A stretch of DNA of 64,000 nt from Minisyncoccota bacterium (GCA_041664245.1 JBAYLC010000001.1:22654-86653); one strand, 5' to 3'. Positions 13,518-21,978 are shown, counted from the first letter of the stretch. Notes: generated by a model from the letters alone, not told the origin. Program-made: numbers and translations.

Positions 13518-13697
13518 TTTTTATTTAGCGTTTTTCGACGACTTTTATTGCCTTTATTATAACTCTTTTTTGTATTATTTTATTCCAATTTTTATACACA
13601 GGGTGAAATAAAAAAATTAACAATTATTTCTATTAATTAAGAGTATCATGGGGGTTTACAAATTTTCCTATTCCGACAATAATTGTCTGTACGAACT

Positions 13698-13772
13698 GGA
13701 GCGTTGGTGTAGCCTGGTTAACACGCCTCCCTGTCACGGAGGAGACCACGGGTTCGAATCCCGTACGCTCCG
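13698..13772 (+). tRNA. tRNA-Asp (GTC)
   Basis: 75-nt cloverleaf. Acceptor GGAGCGT/ACGCTCC. Anticodon loop CTGTCAC. T-loop GGTTCGAATCC. No encoded CCA. Confidence 0.9.
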
Positions 13773-13944
13773 CATTTACAAAAAGATACTCGTAAGGAGC
13801 ATCCTTTTTTGTAACATAGTGAGTTTATTAAGGATTCGAACGGGAAAGGGGTCGGGAAAACGGAAGTTTTCCCGTGTAGGAAATTACTCAAAACCGAGAG
13901 GTTGTGAGAAGCGAACGGAGTGAGCGCGTTCGAATAGCGAAGCG

Positions 13945-13958
13945 CCCGTACGCTCCGC
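13945..13958 (+). repeat. Exact 14-nt direct repeat of the tRNA-Asp 3' end (CCCGTACGCTCCGC)
   Basis: Identical to 13760-13773. Preceded by a TTCGAATA T-loop-like sequence. Confidence 0.8.
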
Positions 13959-14008
13959 TGATTAGAATCACTTAATAATCCGGCAATTGCCGGAGGATTT
14001 AGTGATTC

Positions 14009-14053
14009 AATCATCCCGAGTGAGGTCGCCTTAAACGACCGACGAGGGAACAC
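14009..14053. repeat. Repeat-family copy 1: AATCATCCCGAG-hairpin-CGAGGGAACAC structured motif
   Basis: Shares a 16-mer CCCGAGTGAGGTCGCC and GACCGACGAGGG with the copy at 60046-60080. Shares flanks AATCATCCCGAG / CGAGGGAACAC with the copy at 18850-18881. Confidence 0.7.
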
Positions 14054-14215
14054 AATATAAGTCAATAACGTAAGGAAGGGGAGATAGCAATTAACAAGAT
14101 AAGTCGTGGTAATAAACTCGCCGATTGCGCGGCTTATTACTTGTATGCTTCTCTGTATTTTGTTAAAACAGAACTAGTAAAACGTGTAACTTGAAAATCT
14201 AACAGGAGGTTCATA

Positions 14216-14857
14216 ATGAAAGTATCGTCACTGGTATTTTTACTCGTTCTAGTTGTCTCCGTAGTATCTCCAATAAAAGGAGATATCGGCTTCGGAAGTT
14301 ATGTAGAAGGCGTTGGCGTCTTTAATGAAGGAGTGAAACCGTCAGCGCAAGGAAATTTAATCCTTTTCTACAACGATTATCGTGATAAGGGATTTGGTGG
14401 GTTCCTTAGAATTTCCGGTGTTTCCGATGACTCAGTCAAGGGTTACGGAGGTGGCTACTGGCAATCCCACTCAATTCCCTGGATTAGAGTAGGAGTCGGC
14501 GGCGGCGGGATAATTAGCCGTTTCAAAAATGCCCGGTATTTCGGTGCCGGATTAGTTCAATTAGGAAGCGATTCATCTGATTTCTATCTTTTGGCGACTG
14601 GAGAAGTCGGAGATAAGAATGAATATGGATATTCATACCGGATTGATGCTAGTCTTTTCAATCCTCAAGAATATTCAATACGCCTCGGATTTCTAATTGA
14701 GAGATTCTCGGGAATTGGCCCAAAGGTTATCGGCGACCTTGATTCAAAAGCAACATTTGAATTTTGGGCCGCGCTTCTTTGGAGTAATGCTGTCTTCGGC
14801 ACAGAGGGGAAAGATCCTAAATTACTAGTCGGGTTGCGCATCAACCTTGGTCGGTAA
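14216..14857 (+). CDS. Hypothetical secreted Gly/Tyr-rich protein
   Basis: 213 aa. Strong RBS GGAGG 7 nt upstream. Signal peptide MKVSSLVFLLVLVVSVVSPIKG. Confidence 0.5.
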   Translation: MKVSSLVFLLVLVVSVVSPIKGDIGFGSYVEGVGVFNEGVKPSAQGNLILFYNDYRDKGFGGFLRISGVSDDSVKGYGGGYWQSHSIPWIRVGVGGGGIISRFKNARYFGAGLVQLGSDSSDFYLLATGEVGDKNEYGYSYRIDASLFNPQEYSIRLGFLIERFSGIGPKVIGDLDSKATFEFWAALLWSNAVFGTEGKDPKLLVGLRINLGR

Positions 14858-14877
14858 TACGTCGTATTCTAGGAGTT

Positions 14878-14913
14878 GGGTCTCGGGTAAAAAATCCGAG
14901 ACCTATTTTTTTT
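14878..14913 (+). terminator. Rho-independent terminator
   Basis: GGGTCTCGG-taaaaaa-CCGAGACC stem followed by a T8 tract. Confidence 0.7.
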
Positions 14914-14948
14914 GCAATTTCGCGTCAAAATCGTTAAAATTCAACGAA

Positions 14949-15242
14949 ATGGCCGCTATTATTAATAAAAAAGAGCTGAAGCACATTGCCAGCTTGGCTC
15001 GTCTAAATCTGACCGAACGGGAAGAGGAAAAATTACTGAAGGACCTTCAAAATATTCTTGGTTACTTTAACGAACTTCAAACTCTCGACGTCTCTGGTTT
15101 TTCCCCAATGGCTGGTGGCACTTCTCTTAGGAATATTTTTCGGGAAGATGATTCATCAAAAAACACCAATTTAAGTTCGGGCGTCCACGCCTTTCCCGAA
15201 ACCGAAGGCGGTTATCTTAAAATCCCTCCAGTCTTTGAGTAA
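14949..15242 (+). CDS. gatC: Asp-tRNA(Asn)/Glu-tRNA(Gln) amidotransferase subunit C
   Basis: ~97 aa from the internal ATG (MAAIINKKELKHIASLARLNLTEREE...). GatC-like. Immediately upstream of gatA. Confidence 0.8.
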   Translation: MAAIINKKELKHIASLARLNLTEREEEKLLKDLQNILGYFNELQTLDVSGFSPMAGGTSLRNIFREDDSSKNTNLSSGVHAFPETEGGYLKIPPVFE

Positions 15243-15297
15243 TAGTTTTTTATTCTTAAATCTTAAATCAAAATTCTCTATTCTTCTTCTTTAATCC

Positions 15298-16764
15298 ATG
15301 CCATCTTTCGATCTCAAAAATTTAACAATCAAAAAATACAGCGAAGGGCTTCAAAAAAAAGAATTTACCGCTCTTGAAGCCACTCAAGCCTTTTTTAATT
15401 TTATAAAAGAGACGGACAAGCGCATTGGTGCCTATTTAAGCCTTAACGAAGAAAACGCCATCAAGGAATCCGAACGAGTTGATTTGGCGTTCGCTAAAGA
15501 TGAACCACTTGGCGTGCTCGCTGGCGTCCCGTTGGCCATCAAGGACAACATTCTTATTAAAAATTTGCCGGCCACCGCTGGTTCGAGAATTTTAGAAAAC
15601 TACACTGCCAGCTATGACGCCGGCGTAATTCAAAAATTAAAATCTGAACGGGCAATTTTTCTAGGGAAAACCAATCTTGATGAATTTGCGATGGGTTCCT
15701 CGACGGAAAATTCTGGATTTCACATAACCTACAACCCCTACGATAATCAGCGCGTTCCTGGTGGTTCGTCTGGTGGCTCGGCCGCCGCCGTTGCCTCCGA
15801 TCAGGCTGTTGCTTCTCTCGGATCCGATACCGCCGGCTCAGTCCGCCAGCCAGCGGCCTTCTGCGGGGTGGTTGGTTTGAAACCAACCTATGGCGCTGTT
15901 TCTCGCTCTGGTCTAATCGCCATGGCCTCGAGTCTAGATCAAATTGGCCCGATTACAAAAACCGTCGAAGACGCCGCTATTGTTTTTGACGCGATTAGGG
16001 GCGAAGATCCGCTTGATGCCACCGCCGCCAAAGTTAATTATGGTAAGGAGCTTTTAAATCCCGACTTCAAAAAAATTACCAAGCTCACCATTGGTCTTCC
16101 TGACGAATTTTTCAAAAAAGATCTTGCCAAAGAAGTGGAAGAGGCGATTGATAAAGTGATTTCCGATTTGCGAACTTTAAAAATAGAATTCAAAAGAATT
16201 TCCTTGCCTCACGCCCGCTACGCTCTTTCTTGTTACTATATTATTTCTCCCGCCGAAGTCAGTGCCAACTTAGCTAGGTTTGATGGGATTAGATATTCCC
16301 GAATCAAAAGCCAAAGCTCACCCAAAAATTTACTGGATATTTATCTAACCCAGCGGGGCGAAGGATTCGGCACCGAAACCAAGCGCCGGATTATTCTTGG
16401 AACTTTTGTTCTTTCCTCCGGTTACCACGACGCCTACTATACTAAAGCCCAGCAAGTTCGTTCAATGGTAAAGGACGATTTTGTTAAGGCGTTTAAAGAA
16501 GTCGATGTGATTTTAGGGCCAACCACTCCCACACCAGCTTTCAAAATCGGCGAGAAAATTTCCGATCCGCTTTCAATGTATCTTTCTGACATTTTCACTG
16601 TTCCGGTGAATATTGCTGGCTTGCCGTCAATTTCTATTCCGGTCCGCCGTCCTCTTGAAGAAAACTCCCTCCCCATCGGTTTTCAATTAATCGGCAAAGC
16701 TTGGCGCGAAGCCGACATACTCGGCCTCGGCCAGTTTTACGAAAAAATCCACCAATCAAATTAG
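15298..16764 (+). CDS. gatA: Glutamyl-tRNA(Gln) amidotransferase subunit A (amidase family)
   Basis: 488 aa. Amidase signature GGSSGGSAAAVA and Ser-cisSer-Lys context. Confidence 0.92.
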   Translation: MPSFDLKNLTIKKYSEGLQKKEFTALEATQAFFNFIKETDKRIGAYLSLNEENAIKESERVDLAFAKDEPLGVLAGVPLAIKDNILIKNLPATAGSRILENYTASYDAGVIQKLKSERAIFLGKTNLDEFAMGSSTENSGFHITYNPYDNQRVPGGSSGGSAAAVASDQAVASLGSDTAGSVRQPAAFCGVVGLKPTYGAVSRSGLIAMASSLDQIGPITKTVEDAAIVFDAIRGEDPLDATAAKVNYGKELLNPDFKKITKLTIGLPDEFFKKDLAKEVEEAIDKVISDLRTLKIEFKRISLPHARYALSCYYIISPAEVSANLARFDGIRYSRIKSQSSPKNLLDIYLTQRGEGFGTETKRRIILGTFVLSSGYHDAYYTKAQQVRSMVKDDFVKAFKEVDVILGPTTPTPAFKIGEKISDPLSMYLSDIFTVPVNIAGLPSISIPVRRPLEENSLPIGFQLIGKAWREADILGLGQFYEKIHQSN

Positions 16765-16781
16765 TTTATAATCAAAACACC

Positions 16782-17348
16782 ATGCCCACACCCGACGTCT
16801 TTATCTCCAAGTTAACCGCCGACGTAACTCAAAATCCCCACTTTGTTTTTTGGCAGGCGCAAATCTCTAATTTTTGGGATCAAAATGGCGGTTTATTTAA
16901 GGCCATTAGCATTCTAATTTCCCTCGCGATGATTAGTTTTGTAATTTACTTCGCGATTAAAATTGGCTGGTGGTCCAATAGAACTGATCGGATAAAAGAC
17001 GTGATTTTGCGCTCGAATATGCCGAAAAAACGTTCACTGAAAATTTGGAAAGAAGTTGAGCATCATCTTTTTACCGGTGATGATAATAGTTTAAAACTCG
17101 CCATCCTTGAAGCCGACAAAATTTTAGACGAAGCTTTGCGAATTTCCGGCTACCTGGGCGAAAGTTTAGGCGACCGGCTTAAAAAAATAAAAATCGAACA
17201 AATGCCTATGATCGAAGAAGTTTGGGAAGCTCATAAATTAAGAAATCGAATTGTTCATGAACCGGATTTCAAAATCAACCGCGATCTCGCCGAACGCGCT
17301 TTGGATATCTATCGCAAAACTTTTCAGGACTTAGGTTTGCTTGATTAA
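16782..17348 (+). CDS. Hypothetical membrane protein
   Basis: ~188 aa from ATG 16782. One TM segment (ISILISLAMISFVIYFAI). The tracked ORF start at 16701 overlaps gatA. Confidence 0.4.
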   Translation: MPTPDVFISKLTADVTQNPHFVFWQAQISNFWDQNGGLFKAISILISLAMISFVIYFAIKIGWWSNRTDRIKDVILRSNMPKKRSLKIWKEVEHHLFTGDDNSLKLAILEADKILDEALRISGYLGESLGDRLKKIKIEQMPMIEEVWEAHKLRNRIVHEPDFKINRDLAERALDIYRKTFQDLGLLD

Positions 17349-18650
17349 TTTTGTAATTCCGGCAACTGCTTGCTTGAATTTATCTCCCCGGTCGGCATAG
17401 TTTTTAAACATATCAAAACTGGCCGCTCCTGGGGAAAATATTATATTTTGTATTTTTTTAGTTTCATCTTTTTTGGCTTCTTTTATTGATTCCTGAAGCG
17501 CCGCCTCTAAATTATCAGTCATAAGAGTTTTTACTCCAGCGCTCTTAACTGCCGTCAAGATTTTGTTTTTATTTTCCCCTAAAAGAATTACCGCACCAAT
17601 TTTTTCTTTCCTTAACGCCTGATTTAGGGGAGCGTAATCCAAATTTTTATCCTGCCCGCCGGCAATAAGAATCTTACCCTCACTAGGAAAAGCTTTAATC
17701 GCCGCCGCCGAAGTTTGTGGGTTTGTTGAAGCCGAATCGTCGTAAAATCTCAAGATTTTATTTTCCGAAATTTTTATTTCCTTTATGAATTCAAGCCGGT
17801 GCTTGAGTCCGGTGAATTTTTTAATTACTTCGATAACTATTTCTTTTGGAATTCTGAATTGCGAAGCCACCGCCTCCGCCATCGCCGCGTTTTTGAAATT
17901 ATGAAAACCTCTTATTCTCATCTCGCTCTGTTTAACTAAATTAAATTTTTTATAATCCACCGCGAATTTAACCGCTGGGCTCTCTGAGGCTAATTTTCGG
18001 CTATTTTGGTTGTCCGCAAAAAAGAAAATTTTATCGCTTCTCTTCTGGAATTTTCCCATATTAGCTTTCGCTGTGTAGTATTCTTTCAAATTCGAATGGG
18101 AATCTTGATGGTCTGGAAATATATCCAAAACCACCGCTATCTCTGGCGATGCCTCTAAATCCTGAAGTTGGAAGCTGGAAAGCTCTAGTATCGCAAGCTG
18201 ATATTTCTTTTGGTCGGCCAGGAAATCCAAAGCCGATTTACCAATATTTCCTGCCAAAAAAACTCTTAATCCGCCGGCTTTAAGAATTTCGTAAATTAAA
18301 GTAGAAGTTGTGCCCTTGCCCTTTGTTCCGGTTACGCCAATTATCTTGCCGTTATAATTTTCAAAAAATAATTTCGTGGCGCTCGAAAATTCCACCCCCG
18401 CTTTTCTAGCCGCCCTTAACTGAGGTAGGTTGTAAGGCACGCCTGGCGAGCGAAAAATTACCTCAAATCGTTCTAAATTATCTAGATAATTTTCTCCATC
18501 CTTTTTATCCAAAATCTCAATTTTATAGTTTTTAAATCTTGGATATTTCTTCAAAAACTTCAAAATCGATTTTCCTTCCCGTCCAAAACCTATTATTGCC
18601 GCTCTTTTTTCCATTTCCTGTATGATTACACTAAATTTATTTTTTGACAA
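17331..18650 (-). CDS. murD: UDP-N-acetylmuramoylalanine--D-glutamate ligase MurD
   Basis: 439 aa. N-terminal Rossmann AAIIGFGREGKS. Mur ligase P-loop GVTGTKGKGTTS. Confidence 0.85.
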   Translation of the reverse strand: MSKNKFSVIIQEMEKRAAIIGFGREGKSILKFLKKYPRFKNYKIEILDKKDGENYLDNLERFEVIFRSPGVPYNLPQLRAARKAGVEFSSATKLFFENYNGKIIGVTGTKGKGTTSTLIYEILKAGGLRVFLAGNIGKSALDFLADQKKYQLAILELSSFQLQDLEASPEIAVVLDIFPDHQDSHSNLKEYYTAKANMGKFQKRSDKIFFFADNQNSRKLASESPAVKFAVDYKKFNLVKQSEMRIRGFHNFKNAAMAEAVASQFRIPKEIVIEVIKKFTGLKHRLEFIKEIKISENKILRFYDDSASTNPQTSAAAIKAFPSEGKILIAGGQDKNLDYAPLNQALRKEKIGAVILLGENKNKILTAVKSAGVKTLMTDNLEAALQESIKEAKKDETKKIQNIIFSPGAASFDMFKNYADRGDKFKQAVAGITKLIKQT

Positions 18651-18677
18651 TTCTAAGGGATAAAAATATAATACGCC

Positions 18678-18749
18678 CGCGGGGTGGGGGAAGGGTTACC
18701 CTGGGAGCCCCATAAGCTCTCGGAGCAGGTTCGAGTCCTGTCCCCGCAA
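18678..18749 (+). tRNA. tRNA-Met (CAT), initiator-like (C1:A72 mismatch)
   Basis: 72 nt. 5' CGCGGGG and 3' CCCCGCA-A as in bacterial tRNA-fMet. Anticodon loop CCCATAA. T-loop TTCGAGT. The anticodon stem lacks the three G-C pairs typical of initiators. Confidence 0.8.
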
Positions 18750-18751
18750 CA

Positions 18752-18790
18752 CTAAGTTTTTCTTAGCTTATAAATAAGCTTAGAAAAACT
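18752..18790 (+). terminator. 17-bp near-perfect hairpin immediately downstream of tRNA-Met
   Basis: AAGTTTTTCTTAGCTTA-taaa-TAAGCTTAGAAAAACTT with one mismatched pair. Confidence 0.5.
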
Positions 18791-18849
18791 TGTGCCCTTC
18801 CGTAGCTTTAGCGAAGGAGGGCTCACCTCATTTATTTTTTTGGATTCTA

Positions 18850-18881
18850 AATCATCCCGAGGCGTTTCGCCGAGGGAACAC
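18850..18881. repeat. Repeat-family copy 2 (short-stem variant GGCG-TTT-CGCC)
   Basis: AATCATCCCGAG GGCGTTTCGCC GAGGGAACAC. Confidence 0.7.
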
Positions 18882-18957
18882 CTTTTAGATTTTGTTATGC
18901 CCGAAGAAGCGTAGCGAAAGCGGGGCAACGTAATAATTAGGTGTTATAATTAAAACT

Positions 18958-19509
18958 ATGTCAGTGAAGATAACTCTTCTTGGTAGTTTACCCAAAGGAG
19001 ACGAAGCTAGAAAACAATTCAAAGACTGGAAGATTGAATATGAAGAAAAAATTCGGGCTACGATTCCGAATTCCAATTTTCTGCACGGAGATTTAGTAAG
19101 CGATACGATCGGTCCCGAATTAGTTGTTGGCCATGATCTCTGGCTTATTAAAAACTCCGACATAATTGTTGTAAATGCGAGTTCCAAAATAGGCGCCGGC
19201 ACCGCTCAAGAGATTCTTTACGCTAAATATTGCAAAAAACCCGTAGTATCCGTATTGCCGAAAAACACCCACCATCGACGATCGAACGTTGTATTTCAAG
19301 GCACAGCCATAGAAGATTGGATTCATCCGTTTATTTTTGTTTCTTCAGATTATATTGCGGAAACTCTCGAAGATGCCGCGAACTGGATTGCGCTTTTTAT
19401 TAAAACCCCCACCCCAGTTAAAGGCATAACCATATTTGAAGAGGTTACGAAACAATTTGAAAAAGAATTTCCCGATATCGTTTCGGAGTACAAAAATAAA
19501 GGTTGGTAA
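18958..19509 (+). CDS. Nucleoside 2-deoxyribosyltransferase-like (YtoQ/Rcl-like fold) protein
   Basis: 183 aa. Motifs DIIVVNASS...GTAQEILYA are reminiscent of the 2-deoxyribosyltransferase-like family. Assignment is tentative. Confidence 0.45.
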   Translation: MSVKITLLGSLPKGDEARKQFKDWKIEYEEKIRATIPNSNFLHGDLVSDTIGPELVVGHDLWLIKNSDIIVVNASSKIGAGTAQEILYAKYCKKPVVSVLPKNTHHRRSNVVFQGTAIEDWIHPFIFVSSDYIAETLEDAANWIALFIKTPTPVKGITIFEEVTKQFEKEFPDIVSEYKNKGW

Positions 19510-19524
19510 TATTTATAACAATAG

Positions 19525-20067
19525 ATGAAAATAACCTACTTCGTTCACGGCACAACAACTGACAACGAAAAAGACCTCGCCACCGGCTGGGCGCCGGGCG
19601 AGCTTTCCGAACGCGGCATAGAACAATCAAAAAAGCTGGGAGAGTTAGTCGCCGATAAAATTTTTTCGGTTGTATTTTGTTCCGACTTGAAGAGGGCAAT
19701 AGATTCTGCACAACTATCTTTTGGTAGTAAATATGAAATTATTCCCGATAGCCGGCTTCGCGAAGCAAATTATGGCGACTTCACTCAAAAATCGGCATCA
19801 GAATTTAAGAATAATATGGATAAATATATAGACACTCCTTTCCCCAACGGCGAGAGTTACAAAGATGTTGAAAAACGCATTGCGGATTTTCTAAAAGAAA
19901 TCTCACCAAAATATAGTGGGAAGCATATTGCTATTGTTGCCCATCAAGCCCCTCAACTTGCGCTTGATGTTCTTTTAAAAGGCAAAACGTGGAATCAAGC
20001 AATCGTCGAAGATTGGCGGCACACTAAATCGTGGCAACCCGGATGGGAATACACAACTAGAAATTAG
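19525..20067 (+). CDS. Histidine phosphatase superfamily (phosphoglycerate-mutase-like) protein
   Basis: 180 aa. YFVHGTTTDNE where RHG(E/T) is expected, with Val replacing the Arg. SDLKRAIDSA. C-terminal catalytic His in VAHQ. Confidence 0.6.
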   Translation: MKITYFVHGTTTDNEKDLATGWAPGELSERGIEQSKKLGELVADKIFSVVFCSDLKRAIDSAQLSFGSKYEIIPDSRLREANYGDFTQKSASEFKNNMDKYIDTPFPNGESYKDVEKRIADFLKEISPKYSGKHIAIVAHQAPQLALDVLLKGKTWNQAIVEDWRHTKSWQPGWEYTTRN

Positions 20068-20093
20068 GTAATCTTTTTAAAAATATTCTTTTG

Positions 20094-20167
20094 TGGCTGG
20101 GGTGGGAATCGAACCCACGACCTTAGCGTTATGAGTGCTACGCTCTAACCGACTGAGCTACCCAGCC
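20094..20167 (-). tRNA. tRNA-Met (CAT), elongator-type (tRNA-Ile2 cannot be excluded)
   Basis: 74 nt. GGCTGGGTAGCTCAGTCGGTTAGAGC...CTCATAA...GGTTCGATTCC...CCCAGCC-A. No encoded CCA. Confidence 0.85.
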
Positions 20168-20254
20168 ATTTTGAGTTGTTTAATTTATACAATAATCAGC
20201 TGATTATTCCAATAGTTATGATTCTTAACTCTAAGCGAGCAGGGAATCGTCATG

Positions 20255-20283
20255 TTGACTTTTTGTTAATAATAATGTAGAAT
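20255..20283 (+). promoter_or_regulatory. Near-consensus sigma70 promoter (TTGACT-17-TAGAAT)
   Basis: -35 at 20255-20260 and -10 at 20278-20283. ~37 nt upstream of ORF 20320. Confidence 0.6.
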
Positions 20284-20319
20284 GCCACCAGAAGATTAAT
20301 TATTAAAGAAAGGATTTTT

Positions 20320-20712
20320 ATGGCAGAGCGCGCAAATTGCGAAGCAGAAGAAAGATATTTTCTCCTTGAATTTGCCCTAGGCAAACTCAGAGGCGATGGA
20401 AGTGAGCGAGTCGAGAAACATTTAACTGGGTGCGAGTGCTGTCGAGATTCTCTTGAATTCATAAAGAGATTCATCCACGATTTTCAGATTCTTGAGAAAT
20501 TTGAATGTCAGAAGCATGTTACTAATGAAGAGATCATCGATCTCGCCGAAAAGTACCCGAACCTACTAGATCTATCCGACAAACCAAGGGTAGAGCCAGA
20601 AGAGATTCAAAAAACTGCCCTTCATTTTCTATTCTGTAGTGAATGCAGGGATGTATTTACGTGGATGGTAGAGTTAGACCGTAACCTCGTAACCAACCCC
20701 CAAGAAGATTAA
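20320..20712 (+). CDS. Small Cys-rich protein with anti-sigma-factor-type zinc-finger (zf-HC2-like) motif
   Basis: 130 aa. EKHLTGCECCRDSLEF and FCSECRD motifs. No TM segment. No adjacent ECF sigma gene. Confidence 0.45.
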   Translation: MAERANCEAEERYFLLEFALGKLRGDGSERVEKHLTGCECCRDSLEFIKRFIHDFQILEKFECQKHVTNEEIIDLAEKYPNLLDLSDKPRVEPEEIQKTALHFLFCSECRDVFTWMVELDRNLVTNPQED

Positions 20713-20728
20713 GTTCTTCGATTCAACA

Positions 20729-20760
20729 AATCCCCGCCGTCAAAGCGGGGATTTTCTTTA
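20729..20760 (+). terminator. Rho-independent terminator
   Basis: AATCCCCGC-cgtcaaa-GCGGGGATT followed by TTTCTTT. Confidence 0.7.
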
Positions 20761-20835
20761 CTTCGTGAGCCCTATTCCATTATCAATCTAAAAAATTTGC
20801 CTCCAGTTCCCAAAATCTGATAATCTTGATAGATA

Positions 20836-21978
20836 ATGAAACCCGAAATTATTATTCCCTCCGAGGAGGAAAAAAAGTTACGCGTTGAAATTGAGCAGAA
20901 AACCGACGCGGAATCTTTGCGTCTAAACAAATTCCTTAAAATGCCGGACCTTTCCCGTGAAGAGGGAAGTCCGATTTTTGAACTCGCCAAGCGGATTATG
21001 GAACTTCCCAGCTTGAAAGATTTTGACGTTATTAAAGTTCCCGAAATTGTGCCTGTGCATGAAAGCTTTGATCTTTTTAACTTTCCACCAGAACATCCTG
21101 CCCGCAGCCGTTCCGACACCTACTATATTAATAACGAAAATATCCTCCGCACCCACACCACGATAATGTGGTACTACTATTTAGGCTTGCCGGAAATCAA
21201 AGAAAAGATTTCCCGCGGCGAACCGCTTGGCGTTCTCTCTTACGGCAAGGTTTATCGTAAAGATGAAATCGATCGAAGGCATATGAATGTGTTTCACCAA
21301 ATGGATGGGCTCTACATCTGCCGACGGGAAGAAAAAGAAATTGGCGTTCCCGAGCTTCAAGGCATTTTGGTAAAAATTGCCCAAGCGATTTATGGAGCGG
21401 ATATTAAATATCGTTTCAACAAAGATACTTTTCCTTACACCGATCCTAGTTTGGAAATGGAGATTGAATTGAACGGCCGCTGGGTAGAAGTTCTGGGAAG
21501 CGGCGTGGCCCACTCCAAAGTTTTAGATGCCTTAGGCGTGGATTCAAAAATCTATAACGGCTGGGCCTTTGGTTTCGGTTTGGAGCGCCTCGCTATTTTG
21601 AGCATGGACTTGCCCGACATCCGGCTTCTCTGGTCGGAAGACGAAAGAGTGAAACGCCAGCTAAAACTCGGCCAAGCCTTTAAGGAGGTTAGTAAATTCC
21701 CGTCGATAACGAGAGATATTTCTTTTATCGTAAATTCTGATTTTATGCCGAATAATTATTTTGATTTAATTCGCGACATCGGCGGTGATCTCGTTGAAGA
21801 AGTGTCACTGATGGACAAATATGAAAATCCCGAAAAATTCGGCGCTGGAAAAACCAGCTACACTTACCATATTATCTATCGCAGCAGCGAACGCACGCTT
21901 TTGGTTGAAGAAATTAATCCTATTCAAGAAAAACTCGTTGAGGAAACTAAGCGCCAATTTGGCGCTGATGTAAGATAA
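20836..21978 (+). CDS. pheS: Phenylalanine--tRNA ligase alpha subunit
   Basis: 380 aa. Class II motifs including FPPEHPARSRSDTYYI. Confidence 0.85.
   Translation: MKPEIIIPSEEEKKLRVEIEQKTDAESLRLNKFLKMPDLSREEGSPIFELAKRIMELPSLKDFDVIKVPEIVPVHESFDLFNFPPEHPARSRSDTYYINNENILRTHTTIMWYYYLGLPEIKEKISRGEPLGVLSYGKVYRKDEIDRRHMNVFHQMDGLYICRREEKEIGVPELQGILVKIAQAIYGADIKYRFNKDTFPYTDPSLEMEIELNGRWVEVLGSGVAHSKVLDALGVDSKIYNGWAFGFGLERLAILSMDLPDIRLLWSEDERVKRQLKLGQAFKEVSKFPSITRDISFIVNSDFMPNNYFDLIRDIGGDLVEEVSLMDKYENPEKFGAGKTSYTYHIIYRSSERTLLVEEINPIQEKLVEETKRQFGADVR

Noticed and set aside
13851-13880. GGATTCGAAC motif suggesting a minus-strand tRNA between tRNA-Asp and its duplicated 3' end
   Set aside because: Flanking sequence cannot form the T-stem or acceptor stem; no cloverleaf is possible. 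It is part of a hairpin-rich spacer.
14847-14948. Upstream extension of the gatC ORF (tracked start 14847, overlapping the preceding gene and its terminator)
   Set aside because: The extension runs through a rho-independent terminator and has no homology. The conserved GatC sequence begins at the ATG at 14949.
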